Assembly: GCF_046119375.1 (NCBI RefSeq)
Contig: NW_027362761.1
Coordinates: 753,486,001-753,550,000, forward strand
Direction: 5' to 3'
From: Phyllobates terribilis
Taxonomy: Eukaryota
Length of the DNA: 64,000 bases
Positions within the stretch are counted from its first letter, which is position 1. Each line of letters begins with the position of its first letter. The notes beneath the pieces were generated by a model. The model was not told where the DNA came from. It worked only from the letters and a program-made list of their open reading frames with translations, and made no database searches. The translations under genes and the position numbers were made by a program. Shown here piece by piece: positions 1 through 13,932 of this stretch.

Positions 1-796
1 CTTCCAGAACTGTGCTGGCTTTTTTAGATGTTTTTTTAGCAAAGTCCAGTCTAGCCTTTTTTATTCTTGATGCTTATGAGTGGCTTGCACCGTTCAGTGA
101 ACCCTCTGTAGTTACTTTCATGCAGTCTTCTCTTTATGGTAGATTTGGATATTGATACGCCTACCTCCTGGAGTGTTGTTCACTTGGTTGGCTGTTGTGA
201 AGGGGTTTCTCTTCACCATGGAGATTATTCTGCGATCATCCACCACTGTTGTCTTCCGTGGCGCCCAGGTCTTTTTGCATTGATGATTTCACCAGTGCTT
301 TCTTTCTTTCTCAGGATGTACCAAACTGTAGATTTTGCCACTCCTAATATTGTAGCAATTTCTCGGATGGTTTTTTTCTGTTTTTGCAGCTTAAGGACGG
401 CTTGTTTCACCTGCATGGAGAGCTCCTTTGACCGCATGTTTACTTCACAGCAAAACCTTCCAAATGCAAGCACCACACCTCAAATCAGCTCCAGGCCTTT
501 TATCTGCTTAATTGAGAATGACATAACGAAGGGATTGCCCACACCTGTCCATGAAATAGCCTTGGAGTCAATTGTCCAATTACTTTTGGTCCCTTTAAAA
601 ACAGGGTGGCACATGTTAAGGAGCTGAAACTCCTAAACCCGTCATCCAATTTTAATGTGGATACCCTCAAATGAAAGCTGAAAGTCTGAACTTCAACTGC
701 ATCTGAATTGTTTTGTTTAAAATTCATTGTGGTAATGTCTAGAACCAAAATTAGAAAAATGTTGTCTCTGTCCAAATATATATATGAACCTAACTC
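1..796 (-). mobile_element. Tc1/mariner transposon, 5' part (continues beyond window start), degenerate
   Basis: Minus-strand ORF 225-476 encodes a Tc1 transposase N-terminal HTH (RSKELSMQVKQAVLKLQKQKKTIREIATILGVAKSTVWYILRKKE). TIR-like end ...TGTCCAAATATATATATGAACCTAACTC followed by TA near 796, with an inner direct repeat TGTCCAATTACTTTTGGTCC near 573. Confidence 0.85.
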
Positions 797-872
797 TAAT
801 GAGTTTCACTTTTTGTATTGAAGAACTGAAATTAACTTTTTGATGATATTCGAATTTAGTGAGATGCACCTG
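797..872 (-). mobile_element. Terminal inverted repeat remnant of a second Tc1 family, abutting the first element
   Basis: Reverse complement reads TA|CAGGTGCATCTCACTAAATTCGAATATCATCAAAAAGTTAATTTCAG...AAAAAGTGAAACTCAT, a Tc1-type TIR with TA at 873-874. It is interrupted at a TA by the 1-796 element. Confidence 0.65.
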
Positions 873-1702
873 TATATTAGAAAAGGGTATTCCGCTCACT
901 CTTGAAGGATTCCCAAAAGGATTCATGCAGCGGAGGCCAGGATCCCGTCTGCTGGATGTAGAAGCAAGGTGCACAAGTAGAAGTAAAGGTCCAGCTCTCG
1001 CATAAAATTCAATTCTTTATTGCAGTAGTTAAAAGCTATGGCATTGTTGGGACATACCAATGGGGTGTAGTTGGAGGTAGGAAGGTGCAAAAGAATTGTG
1101 AACACTGAATGCATTCAAACACTGTGTGTTCTTAGACTGTTTAGTTGAAAAGGAAAAAAAAAAAGGGTGGGTTTTTAAATCACCACAGTAATTCACATAA
1201 CAGCCTAATTATGTCACATTTGTGGTATGGTAGAAGAAATAAGAACAAAAATAATACACTTCCCAAAAAAGTCCATACTAGACATGTACCTTTTTTGCCT
1301 ACATTAGCAGGCATACCTACACTTATGTGATCAGTGGTCTTATAATTGCCTTCTAACCGTGTATTTTGTCCACCAGCTGGCTTCTCCTGCTGTGGCTGAG
1401 CATGCACAGATGATATTTGTAGTATTCAGCTGAAGAGCACATATATCCATAGTATGGTCCCGGGCAGACAGCAGAGTTCTCATAGCTGACTCAGATGTGA
1501 GGCTGAGCCCGCCAATGACCGGTGTAACCAGAGCTGATGACAGTGTGATGCAGACACAGGGCGATGTTGTATGCAGCTGTCTTCCTGTACTATGGCCAAA
1601 GGCAGCCGGTGATCTGTGACTCCTGGCTTGTACAGTAACTGTAGAAGAGATTGCTGCGGGCTCGCGGCCATAATGCCCACTGACAGATGCATAGTTCTTG
1701 CG

Positions 1703-1792
1703 GTGTGCCTGCATCATATGAATGCTGTGACTGGCACGTCATTGTACGCAGCACTCTATGCCAGTCAGAGCATTCATATGATGCAGGCACAC
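1703..1792. repeat. 34-bp inverted repeat (hairpin), probably the core of a palindromic MITE
   Basis: GTGTGCCTGCATCATATGAATGCTGTGACTGGCA (1703-1736) pairs with 1759-1792 with one mismatch; 22-nt loop. Confidence 0.8.
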
Positions 1793-3019
1793 AGATCGCT
1801 TCTTCAGTTTCTGTGAGTACAAGCTTGCAGGCTTAATTTTTTATATACTCAGAAAAAATAAAACTCAAAGGTACTTCTTTTGGGATAGGCATTAACATTA
1901 GTTGTATGCATATTTCTTTCTGGTAAGTGCTCCTTGCTATAACACTTGTTAAATTCCTGTCTTTATACAGGGTGATCCTCGTACAACATCCACTGGCTGT
2001 TACCTGATGTAGCCAGTCTCTCCAGTGTTTTCTGCCAGAGTTGCTATTTTTATACCTTTTAGGCATTGTTTAGTTGCACATATAAGGAGCAAACTACTGC
2101 CAGACATGTTTGCTAAGGGTTTTTTTGTGTGTTTTTATTTTTTTTATATATGTATACTATGATTATTGTTCTCTCTGTGGTTTGATTAACACTACACCTC
2201 TTAATGAGGGTGCAAGTTTAAGTTTTAGCTTTCATATGGGAGAACTCTTGTGAAGGAAAAAGTTATAATGTGTGGCTTGTATGCACAAAATGATGTTTTA
2301 TGGTTAATTTTACAGTTGACTGACAACTTACTTTTAACGTTTGATACATTTTATAGTATTGCATAAATCTACTTGGAGGTATTCTACAAATGAGAGAATA
2401 TTCACATTGGTTTACAATCAGTGGCTACTTATTTTGGCCATGTAGTCTACCTCTGTTGTAGATTATCTTGACAAGTAGGAATGACCAAATGTAAGCATTA
2501 TAAGTGTGAAGTATTCTGCTTTGCTTTCTGGCACATATGATTACAACCTTTTTGTTTCCAAAATTCTTCGCCTGTACAATTACCGCCCAGTTATGTGTCA
2601 TAACCGGTAGACAGATACACGCCACTGTTTGCCCTGGGTGCAAGAGTAGGATATCGCCCTGTGATATAGACAGTAGAAGAACCCCAGTACTCCAGTAATG
2701 CAAATTTGGAAAACTCTATTGTCCAGGAAATCCAAAATGAAACACATGATGTTTCGGTTCGTAGCCTCGGACCTTTGTTGGACATATAGGTTAAGCAGAA
2801 TATTCTGAAAAATTGGCAATCAGATGAGCGCCATTCTCAAGCGATGGACGTCACATCTAGAAACTGCTTGAGGCTATAGCCCGAAATGTCACGTTGGTTA
2901 TTTTATATCGCCTGCACATTATCTTCTAAATCTGCATTACTGGAGGCTGAGATTTTTCCATGGTCTGTGTGCCTGATAGTCATATAAAGATATGTTGTCA
3001 CATAATGTGTTGCTGTAAA

Positions 3020-3408
3020 AGGGATTATCCAGGACTTGTGTATTTTATTTCTTATAGGGCTAAGAACTCACACGCAGGGCAGAAAGTTATTAACTACTCC
3101 CCTGTTATGGCCGGTGCCAGTCTGTGCTGGCTCAGCGCTCAGACCGCTCCTGCTGACGTTTCTGCAAAGTGTCCGTTTCTCTTGCGCTGTTATCTGTTGA
3201 TGGGGCATGATGCTTGCAGTGTCGACCCATCGACAGAGCAGACTGGAAAAGGAAGAACTGCTCTCTTGTCATCATATAAAGCAGCAGAATTGCTGGCTAG
3301 AGCGGTCCACGAACACTGATCTGGCAGAGATTGGCTTCGGGAAGAACAGCAAGTTCTGTAAGTTCTTATCCCTATAACAAAAAAATACAAAAGTCCTGGA
3401 TAACCCCT
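3020..3408. mobile_element. Kolobok/T2-type MITE
   Basis: TIRs AGGGATTATCCAGGACTT / AAGTCCTGGATAACCCCT, flanked on both sides by TAAA (TTAA-like TSD). Confidence 0.75.
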
Positions 3409-3890
3409 TAAAATTGTGCCCATGTATAACTAGTGGATTCAACTGCACCTGTTTGCAAGCGCCCTAAAAAAATGTTAGAAAACTAAAGGGTGCAATGTAG
3501 ATTTTCACTTTTTTTTTTTTTTCTTATTGTTAAGAGATCTTGGCATTCTGTAGATTGGCAGAAAGGGCAATGAAAGTGGTCAATTGTGTTTTCTAAATCT
3601 TGAAATACAAAAAAGAACTTAAAATTTACCTAAAGATTTACCAACCTGCATTTAAGAGAAGTCCCGTTACCATGATGTTTCAGCAGAGTTTTTTTCTGTT
3701 GAGTAACCAGTGTCACGAAGAGTCATATTGGGACCTTTATAAAGCCTATAACTAACTATGATTAACAGCTGGCAGTCCAAGAGATGGGCTTTGTATAAGG
3801 AGGAGTATTGCATCCAGTATATTTTACTTGAACAAGGACACTCTGCTTCAGAACACCAGACGAATAAACTTTGTGCTAATACTCTCTAAA

Positions 3891-4229
3891 AGGGAACCTG
3901 TGAGCTGATTTGTGCTGCACAGGCCACAGGCAGGTGCACGTTCAACACCTATGTGTTACTGTGAAACCATGTAAGAGATATGCATATGAGTGTGGCCGGG
4001 AACCAGGTGACTAGTCCAAGAGGAAGGTCCCCACCCCTCAGCAGAGTACCAGGTGTCTCACAGACTTGTGAGCTGAGCGGATTGGAAGAAGCCTGCTGGG
4101 ACATGCATTTTAAACAAGTCATCTTGAAGTGCGTTTCAGAGTAAATCCGAGATGTTTATGATGTTAGAGCTGGTCTCTAATTCACGTTGCCTGTAGTTCA
4201 GGCCGCATTCATTGGCTGACAGGTTCCCT
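3891..4229. mobile_element. Kolobok/T2-type MITE
   Basis: TIRs AGGGAACCTGT(G)A / TGACAGGTTCCCT, flanked by TAAA and TTAA. Confidence 0.75.
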
Positions 4230-4448
4230 TTAACTTAGTCCCAGAGTTGAAATCCTATGGAAGTCACTTTCTAGATGTGTTTCCATTTACTGTATTGCAT
4301 CCAGAGACTCGGTGTACACATGGATTTGAAACAGACCTCCACTTCACGACTAGGTTACTAAGTTTATTCGTCCTGTTATGAAGGTAATTGGTTTTTGCTT
4401 CAGTCTTAAGCAACACCTTATTATAGTGAACTGCTCCCCTGATTTAAA

Positions 4449-4482
<34 letters not shown>

Positions 4483-7400
4483 ATCTTATTAGATTTCATG
4501 GCAGCCCACACTTAAATTACCAGTGCTGCAGGGATTACAGTTTAATTGTCTATGCAAAAAAGTTGGTGACTATTGAAAATAAGTATTGTGTACTAAATAT
4601 CTGTAATGCTTTGGAGAAGGAGGTTTTTCTATGTAATGATGTGCATCTTGTAATTTTCAGTTCAGTGATCAGGGAAGAAAAGCATATCCTACCTGAATAA
4701 ACAATGTTTTGTTACTATGTCGAGGCAGAATTGATCCATACTTACTGTCAATAACATGAAAAACTGCAATAAATGTTTCTATTCAAGCATTCTTAAGCTT
4801 ATTATATATTGTAATTTGCATTATTGCTCCTTTTATAGAAAGATTTAATTAGTTTGAAGTGGTATTCCAGTTATAAACAAGCACCTATAACATATTGGAT
4901 ATTGTGGGTCCTATTCCTGGCTCCCACTAGTTGCTAGAATGGGTGGCAGCCCCAATACCCCTGACTGCACTGAGGCAGATTTTCAGTGGTGCAGTTGCCA
5001 AGCATGCACACTGTCACATTATGAAAACTCTACCAGTTATTTACCCCATTGAAACAGCTGCTTGCAGCCATTGTGTTGGGTCCCAGGGTTACAACTCCCA
5101 CAGATCCTTGTGATGAATGATAGAAATGCGAAATACCCTGTTAAAGGGTCAGAGTGATTTCCCACCCACTCTCCCCAAACTGTTTGTCATCATTTTGCTC
5201 TATGAAAGATATCCTCCACATCCTTACGTATACATTTGTTGCTCCCTGACTGAAAAATCGCTGCTTTAATTAATATGTAAATGGGGTTTAAAGGGATTGT
5301 TCCACAAAATACAATTTAACCACTAGCTTGTGGAATATTAAGAAGCTCCACAATTAAAAGTGTTAAACAGAAAAAACTGTTCCTGTGCTGAGATAATCTT
5401 ATATGTGTGCCCCTGCTGTGTACTGGGTAATTGTTGTGTCTGACCATGTAGACCTGCAGCTTATGATTACGCACACACAGGTCCTGGCCAGGGGAGGAAG
5501 CATAAGTGAATGTACTGGTGACATGGCAGTTTGTGTGTGCAAACTCACTTCCCTGGCTGTTTTATCATAGGAACAAGCCCTGTGAGCTCATCCTGGATCA
5601 AGTCAGTGACTTATTATTTTCTGCGGCCTGCTGAAATCATATGTCACTAACTTTATTTATGATGAGCTCAGAGCGCTGGTGACGCAGCAGAAACACTCTC
5701 CAATTAGCCTGTATAAACGATTGGTGGTTGCAGCTATTTTTTCTTTGATTATTGCGGAGCTCGGCAGTGACCATACTGACGTGTATATCCATACCCATGT
5801 GTTGGAATCGGATGTGTATATACTATACATTCACTGGGAAGCTCCCAATAACCTGCCAAGTAGCGAAATCAGCCGTGGCCTCGTTCATTAATCGTCTGTC
5901 AATTGTGTGATTGTCCTGTCTATTGGAGACAGAGGAGTGCTGGTCGTGACAAGTTAGTGGCATCGGTGGGATAAAACAGAAAGGGAAATGTGTTCACTCA
6001 CACAAATGAGCAGTTGAGTCCCTACCATATAACTAGTATATTCACTTACGCTTTCTCCCCTAGCCAGGACCTGTGTATGCATGACCAGTCTATGAGCTGC
6101 AGCACCTATACATAGTCGGACACCACAAATAACACCGTACATAGCAGGGTCTTCTCAGCACAGTAATTTTCCTTTTTAAACACATCCAAATGCTAGTTAT
6201 TCCAAGATATCTTGATTAAAAGGTGCTTTGTTTGTGGGACAACCCCATTAAGTGCTTTGCGAGTGAAAAAGCACATGCCAAGCCTCTGCCTTCCCTGTCT
6301 CTATTCTCTGCACAGACCACCCAGGGGGCTATCAGCCAGCAGGAGAAGGTGGGGAATAGAGGCAGTGGCTACTCCCAGAGCAATTAAGCCTCATTTGCAT
6401 ATAAATGAAACCCGCATTTTGCTTTCAGTTGGGGAGCAGCAGATTGCAAGAGCAAAGATGTGGCTTACATCTTTCAGCCAGCAACATGACTATATAAACA
6501 GTTTGGGGAGATGGTCAGGTTAACCTTTAGGCTAAGTTCACACGATTGTTTTCTGGATGAAATTCAATTTTTATACAATCTGTTTTTCCAGGAGCAGCTT
6601 TGATGAATGGAAGCCTGGTTGTTATTGCAGCCACTGTGAAATGCTGCAGAGTTTGAGAGAACCTGCTTTCACAAGCCGGCCGAGAACGTTAAGGGGAGAC
6701 CAGACTAGTACGGTACTGCGCTTGGTCCACTTCTCTACATTTGGTTGACCAGTCTCTCCCTATGTGCACACGTATTGCTAACAACCTTCAGTCCTGTTGA
6801 TATCATCCAGACCAAAATTGGTTTCAATCACATGATCACTATGACAGTCAATAAGAAGTCTCACAGGAAAAAATTGTTCCACAACAAATTTTACCAGGGC
6901 CTATGCCTTAAAAAGAACAAAAAAAAACCTTTCCTCGTGTCTCCTGTCAGAGGAGGGTTGAGAGGAGCTTTTACACAGTATTCATACATTTCACTGAAAT
7001 TGATTTATTAGTTAACCTTATGTTGCGATGAATCTGTTTCAAATTTGGCACTGGTGCACCCCTATGTCTTCATGGATAAGTCATTGCTGTAGGACAATCC
7101 AGCAGGGGGAGCACCTGCGCAGCTATAGACGAAGTAATCCCATTTCTGTCCACTGTTGCAGCAAAAGGTTGTCCTCTCATCACGGCTTGAAACAACTGAT
7201 GGTACTTTGCTCAGGAGCAAGCCGTGCCGTTAAACAGGGCATGCAAAATAGTGGACTTGGACCATTCACCAATTAATTTAAGTGAGGCCAGTATTAAGGG
7301 GATAAAAAATGATTTTCAGTGAAAAGTACGTAATAACTATGTAAATGTCCCTCTCCCTCCTCCAATCAAACCAACAGAAGACACAAGAGGATTTTTTTTT

Positions 7401-7846
7401 TTTTCCAAGACATAGGCCCTAATAAAATTTGTTGCTCCAAATAATTTTTCCTGTGAGCCTCATCATTGGCTGTCAGAGCGGTCATGTAATTGGGAACAAT
7501 ACCAATGCAGGTCTCAATGGTATCACCAGGACTAGAGGTTCTTCGCAAGATCAGCTGGTGGGGCCGCTGTAGAGGACACAATTGGCTGTAGAATAACATG
7601 TATATATGGATCAGTTCTACAAAGTGTCACAGAAATCTGTGCGTAGACAGTAGGTGATTAAGAACAAACTGAACTATAGGACATTGATGTGCGTGCAGCC
7701 TTTATTACAGTAATAAAAGATCTGTTTGCAATATGTCTGCAATCCTTTAGCCTGCTTTCACGCACAGTGGTCATGCTGCGATTTTAAACTGCAAGTGTCC
7801 TTTTGCCACTGTGATCTTTCCATGGTTTTCATACACTGGCACTTAA

Positions 7847-8254
7847 AGGGAATCTGTCAGCAGGTTTTTGCTACCTCATCTGAGAGCAGCCTGATGCAGG
7901 CAAAGAGACCCTGAATTCAATGATGTATCACTTAGTTTACTGGGTGCAGCAGCTCTGACAGTTTTTAGATTTTTGCAATGCAGCAGAGCTGAGAAAGCTA
8001 ACCCCTCCCACACCAGGCTCTCTGTGTACATAGTCTATAGACAGTGAGCTGCTTATCACAGAAGGGGCGGAGTCCGACTATTGTCCTTGTGCCAGCTAAT
8101 CACAGCAATGATAATGACCCAGGTGATTAAACCTTCAGTCTAAGTAAACAACGCCACACAACCTGACATGTGACACATCGTTTAATTCAGTGTTTTAACC
8201 CCTACCTGATGCTATCCTCAGATTACATGGCAAAAGCCTGCTGACAGATTCCCT
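7847..8254. mobile_element. Kolobok/T2-type MITE
   Basis: TIRs AGGGAATCTGTCAGCAGGTTTTTGC / GCAAAAGCCTGCTGACAGATTCCCT; TTAA TSD at 7843-7846 and 8255-8258. Confidence 0.85.
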
Positions 8255-9039
8255 TTAATCTTGCAGGGAAATGTTTGCAAGACCCCAATAAAATGGTCCC
8301 CACTGTTTTGCAGGAGTAACAGCTATTTCCTTAACAGATAGTGATTGTCCATGGAAACCATGAAAATACCTCGGCATCATAGGCTGTTGTGGTTTTCAGT
8401 TGCTGTGTGACCGCTGCATATGAACACAGCCTTAGAGTTGGAAGCCAATTGTTGCTTTGGCTAATAGGTGGAGTTACCTCTCCTTTTTCATTAGTAATCA
8501 TGCTTTAATGGGACAGTAGATTTTATTAAGTCTTACTCTAATGATAAGGCCCATTCACATATTACATTGTGAATTTCGCCTAACATTCAAATCTCTGGTA
8601 CCTCCTTTTCTTAGCTGATGGCACAGTGGATACACTTGCTGTACAATCTTTCTAAAATTTGCCCAATGCCTAATATATAGTGCTATTAATTCACTAATGC
8701 ATGAATTTGGCAGTTGCGTTTTACATTTATTATTTTCTTTACATGTAAAATGTAATCATTGTGCTTTGTGTGTTTAGAAATGAATAATCTAACAATTTTA
8801 ACTTGGATTTTCTTCCTCACTTTCCCCCTTCAGCCAAAACGTTAATGCTTGCTACAGGAGTAGGACAAGTAACGGATTCTCTGGCAGGCTGTCTAGTTTC
8901 TTCATATGCAAGCATTTGTGTGGAAAACTAGCCATTCACCCACATACAGTGCTCCATTTACTTTCTAAGTTTAGCCTTATACTTGTCTATCCTCAACACT
9001 TCATACGGTTGTCATAATGTTGTTTTTACAAGCCTTAAT

Positions 9040-9405
9040 GAATAGTTATTATGCTTTCGTTTCTCACCCTCTATTATACTACTATGCTTTAGGTTCTTAT
9101 CCTGTGCTATATTATTATGCTTTTAGTTTTTTTATCCTATACTATTATGCTTGGGTATCTCACCATATACTATTGTGCTTTTGTGTCTCACCCTGTTCTA
9201 TACTACTATGCTTTAGTTTTTCATTCTATAGTATCATGCTTTAGTTTCTCACCATAGACTATTCTATATTTTCTTACCCTGTACTATACTATAATGCTTT
9301 AGTTTCTCACCATATATTGTTATAATGCTTTAGTTTCTCATACTATACTATTATGCTTTCTCACGATATACTATTATGCTTTAGTTTCTAACCTTGTACT
9401 ATACG
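9040..9405. repeat. AT-rich minisatellite, unit about 33 bp
   Basis: Repeated TTAGTTTCTCACC(C/A)T(A/G)TACTATACTATTATGCT units; one further unit start reappears at about 10663, after the CR1 fragment. Confidence 0.8.
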
Positions 9406-10662
9406 ATTATAGTTTTTAAGGTTGAAGGTAGACTTAAGTCCATCAAGTTAAACCTATAGCCTAACATGTTGATCCAGAAGGGATATACCCCATGGGTCAG
9501 ATGCTAATAGTTCCATAGTTTCACTGCTCTTCCAGTAAAGAATTGCCGTCTGTGATTATGATTAAACCTTTCCTCTAAACGTGGAGGATGCCCCCTTGTC
9601 ACTGAAGCAGGCTTAGGTGAAAAAAAGATTATTAGAAAGATCTGTGTACTGTCATCCTTATATATTTCTAATAAGATTGCCCTTAAGGCTTAATTTTTCC
9701 GAACTGATAAACCTCAAGTTTGATAACCTGTCTTGGTATTGCAGTTCACCCATTCCGTTAATAACTTTGGTCGCTCTTTGAAACAGCTTAAGTTCAACTA
9801 TGTTATCCTTATACTCTGGAGACGTTTGGCCGCACTAGTGAACTTGTGTAGAGGCAAAACTATGTTCTCTTCATGAGCATCTATGCTTCTTTTAATGCAT
9901 CCCATTATTTTATTTCCCATGGCAGCAGCTGCCTGACACTGATCACTCACTAAAGTTAAATTGGCTATCCACCCGACTTTTTTCAGGGATAGTTTTACCC
10001 AGTGTTTTACAATTTAGTACTTTAATTATACATTTTATTTCCTGTGCCCAAGTGCATAACTTTAAATTTATCTACATTAGACCTTAATTGCAATTTCTCA
10101 AGCCAAGTTTTCAACTTACATAAATCACTTTATAATAAATTATCCTCCTGTGTTATGTTGCAGAGTTTAGTATCATATTCAAACATTGAAATTCTACTCT
10201 GTATACCCTCTGCAAGGTCATTAATAAATGTTGAGGGCCCAATACTGACCCCTATGGTAACTGATAACTGTGACCCAATCCGTGTGTACCATTAATAACC
10301 ACCCTGTTTTCTTTCACTGAACCATTTCCTAACACAGTTACATATTTTCCCCTAGTCCCATTTTTCTCATTTTATGTACCAACCTTTTGTGTGGCTCTGT
10401 ATCAAACACCTTTGAAAAGTCCATATAGACAACATCCACTGCATTTCCCTGGTCCAGTCTGGAACTTCTCACCTCATAGAAGCTGATCAGCTTAGTTTGA
10501 CAGGACCGATCCCTCATGTTGATGCCGGGTTATGAGGTTATTCTTATTGAAGTACTTCAGGATAGCATCTCTTAGAAAACCGTCAAGGATTATACCCACG
10601 GTAGAAGTTACACTTACTGGCCTATAATTTCCAGGCTCCGATGTCTCCTTTGTAAATATTGG
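9405..10662 (-). mobile_element. 5'-truncated, degenerate CR1 LINE inserted in the minisatellite
   Basis: Minus-strand RT remnant PIFTKETSEPGNYRPVSVTSTVG...AILKYFNKNNLITRHQH. CR1-type 3' end ...CTTGATGGACTTAAGTCTACCTTCAACCTTAAAAACTAT at the left edge. Confidence 0.8.
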
Positions 10663-11347
10663 CTTTAGTTTCTCACCCTGTACCAAAAACTGCACATGCC
10701 CTATGCTTGATTGTCATACAATAAAATTGGACAATATATACCCTCATTTATTGCGCTCTATAAAAATGTTAACACTTACGTAGCACATAGTAATTGGACC
10801 CTTATATAAGGTCAGTACTACTGCTCTACTTACAAAAAATAGGGATTGAGGCAAAGCAATAAATGACAATATGGCATTTCAGAGGCCTAACAAATATCTT
10901 TGTCCTCAAACTAGAACTCTGTGTAATGATGTAAGTGCTATGGACGCACAAAGAGCTGCGACACGGGTCCTTGCTCTTTAGTTATATGTGAACTTGTACA
11001 TCTTGCAATTCTATGATGAGCCATTTACTTTTGGTAGGCAATATCCTTTAAAAAAAAAAGCTAATAGACTTGGTAGATCTGAGCCACTTTCTCAGACACT
11101 GGATTTAATGGGAGAAGTTTCATGGTAATGCGCTACTAGCATAAGTATTTAAGATACAAACATTGTGATATTTGGTACCTAGTTGCTATGTCCTTACTTG
11201 CATACATGCACTTCTTACTGTTTGTTAATTGTAATTCTCCTGTTACATAGTATAAGTAATATAGAGGCTTGTCAAATGTTACCCTTTTATTAGTGAAGCA
11301 CTCCATCATCATTTGTATCCTCTTAATATATTGCATCATATTATATA

Positions 11348-11656
11348 GTGTACGAAAGACTTGGCACTCGCTTCTTCACATAGACTGAAATATTTTATTG
11401 TTCATAGAAATTCCAGATTCAAGATGTTTCGGTCAGTAAGACCTTCAGTCATCTGGGAGTTGATTTACACTGCAGCAGGCAACACTGGAAAGGTGTCTGC
11501 AGTATCCACTGCTCAGACAAGTGGCCTAGCTGCAGTGAAATCAACTCCCAGATGACTGAAGGTCTTACTGACATAAACGTCTTGAATCTGGAATTTCTAT
11601 GAACAATAAAATATTTCAGTCTATGTAGAGAAGCAAGTGGCTAGTCTTACTTACAC
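11348..11656. repeat. Foldback element with about 129-bp near-perfect inverted arms
   Basis: Arm 11348-11476 is the reverse complement of arm 11529-11656 (e.g. CATAGACTGAAATATTTTATTGTTCATAGAAATTCCAGATTCAAGA); about 52-bp spacer. Confidence 0.9.
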
Positions 11657-13932
11657 GGTTTAAAGGATTGGGGTCCTACTTGTGCACCGAAGTATACCCG
11701 GAAGTGCAATGTTTATCATAATCATATTATATAGTCTACTTACAATTTCTCATTTTGCCTTTCTACACAGCTAATTCTTCTCTTTTCCATTAAGTCTATG
11801 ACATCACGTGATTAAAAACGGATTAGCTGGATCCTAAGCTCTGTGTAGAAACAGGAGGTCAATTTTCCCTGTATGAGTCAGAAGTCACTGCAAAAGTCCC
11901 TGGTGGGGGGAGGGGAGGTGGGGGTGGAAGGAGGGAACAGCTGGGTCAGGAGTTGAAGAGGGGAATGATAGATGCAGGGACAAGAGACTTCCTGATTTTA
12001 CATAGAGCAGAGAAAAGAGAAGAATTAGCTGGGTAGTAAGGCAAAATGAGTAATTGTAAGTACACAGTGCTATGATATGATGATTGCAATATATTAAGAG
12101 GATAAAAACTTAGAGAGGAGTGCTTCTTTAAATGTGAAATCTTTTTGAACACAATAAGGCTTTGTTCACACTTGTACTGAAACAGTGCTTACTGTTTCAT
12201 TGTACCAGTTATTTTCATTCTATCTCTTTTGAGGGAAGACTGCTTTATGGATGCAAAAATGGCTTGTCCTAAATTAGAGCAAGTTTGATCAAGACCCTAA
12301 TGATGGATTTACACTGAATTTTCTCACTGTGAATGAAGCCAATTCTGTGACCCTCTTTGCTGTGGATATACTTCTTTTTAATTCTGGGTCTTTTCTGTCC
12401 GCATTCATTGTTTTTTAGGGCCATGGTTTTACATGTGAAAATAAATACATTTCTGTGACTGATGCTGATTAATGATGATGGAGGCATAAATCGAGTTTGC
12501 CATCTAAACAAAGTCACAATCAGATGGCTTAGTGGGAATTGGGAATCTCTATCCTCTTGTTAGCACCACCAAAGGATTTTATTTAGATATTGGAATTTTA
12601 CATTCCAAAAGATCTGTAATTGTGATTTTGTGTATATGAACAAGACACATGGGGATGTTTAAACCCCATTGTTGTCATAGTTTATATAATGTATGTGTCT
12701 GTGTATATATTTGATCTAGGGGTGCATACGACATTTTGATAAATGTTTGCATTTTTTTCTTTGACGTTTACCATATGTGTAAATTTCATATTTTGATCAG
12801 ACTCTTAAATGGTGATACCAAATATGCTTTTTTTTATTAAAGGAGGATGATACCAATTTTTATATATATATTTTTTTAAGATTTGTAAACTTTTTTTTTA
12901 TTTTATTTATTTTTTAGTCTCCTTAGGGGACTTGAACCAGTTTGCTTGTTTTATATACTGCTATACTGCCGTATTGCTGTATATAGTTAGTGACATTCTC
13001 GTATAAAGCCCAGCCACAAATGGTATCCTCCAGGTTTGTTGCAGGCTCAGCTCTTGAGCCCACTCCATACACTGGCACCTGGCATGTGATGTACTATTAA
13101 TTCACATGTCGGTAAGGAGTTAAAGTGAAGGGCTGCGTTCATTGTTTTCCCCCATAATGGACATGTATAACCTATCAAAACAGTAGGTGATAAATGTTTA
13201 ATCTCTGTGAGTACCACTCCGGGGTCCCTATGATCATTAGAACATGAATATTAGATCATTGAGCTTTTTCAACTCAGATTTGTTTCATTCATGGCTAACT
13301 TTATTCAAGAAGCCATAACATTTTGTGTTTGAAGTATGTAGAAAAATTAAATAAAATCATCATGCCTGGCTCGTAAGTGCTAGAATCATTTTATTCTTGA
13401 TATAGATAGATATTCTTGTTTTAAACTTAGTCTGTAGATGCAGAGCTCACCCAGTATGTTCACCTAGACTCCTGTACGCTATACAACAATAGTGTGTGCA
13501 GTCACATTCGCTAGACCTTCATAACCTCAGGCATTGTGCGTGTACAGTTTTTTTTTTGTTTTGTTTTTGAGTAGTCTACATTTTATCACAATTTTAGCTT
13601 ATACAGGCTATCTTCAGGAAACCATTTTAGGAAAATGTGAAAAACCGCATGCAGGTTGCCTAGTGGTTTTCCTAAAACACTGGCATGAACGCTATTTCTT
13701 AATATGTTTACTATAACACAGGAGCAAATCTTGAATCACCTAATAGGACCAGCCTTCATTTTCTCTGTGTTCACAAGTAATGGGTTTGAAACCCACCTGA
13801 TAACAGGAATAGAAATGGCTGCCTTCTCTCTAGCATAAATTCTGGAGGAATCTCCGTTTCTAGTAAGTTATCGACTTCTACCAATAATAGAGGGGATTTC
13901 TAGTTCAATGTGCTTGCAGTCAAGCATATTAA

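Noticed and set aside
2425-2819. Overlapping minus-strand ORFs (FILDFLDNRVFQI..., faintly RT-like or membrane-protein-like)
   Set aside because: No conserved RT motifs follow (no PQG or YADD) and no recognisable gene; the similarity is too short to call.
3540-3660. NESGQLCFLNLEIQK, resembling a Penelope RT motif
   Set aside because: A single short match with no flanking support.
7028-7599. Protein-like short ORFs on both strands
   Set aside because: No recognisable domain, stops in flanking frames and no consistent splice structure.
8834-8868. Possible host-gene exon (strong pyrimidine tract and CAG at 8833, weak GTAACG donor; KTLMLATGVGQ)
   Set aside because: Only 35 nt, the peptide is not recognised and I could not link it to other exons; needs RNA-seq or TBLASTN.
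11012-11085. C/D-box snoRNA candidates (ATGATGA...CTGA; also about 12300-12400)
   Set aside because: No terminal stem and no recognisable rRNA/snRNA guide; such motifs are expected by chance.
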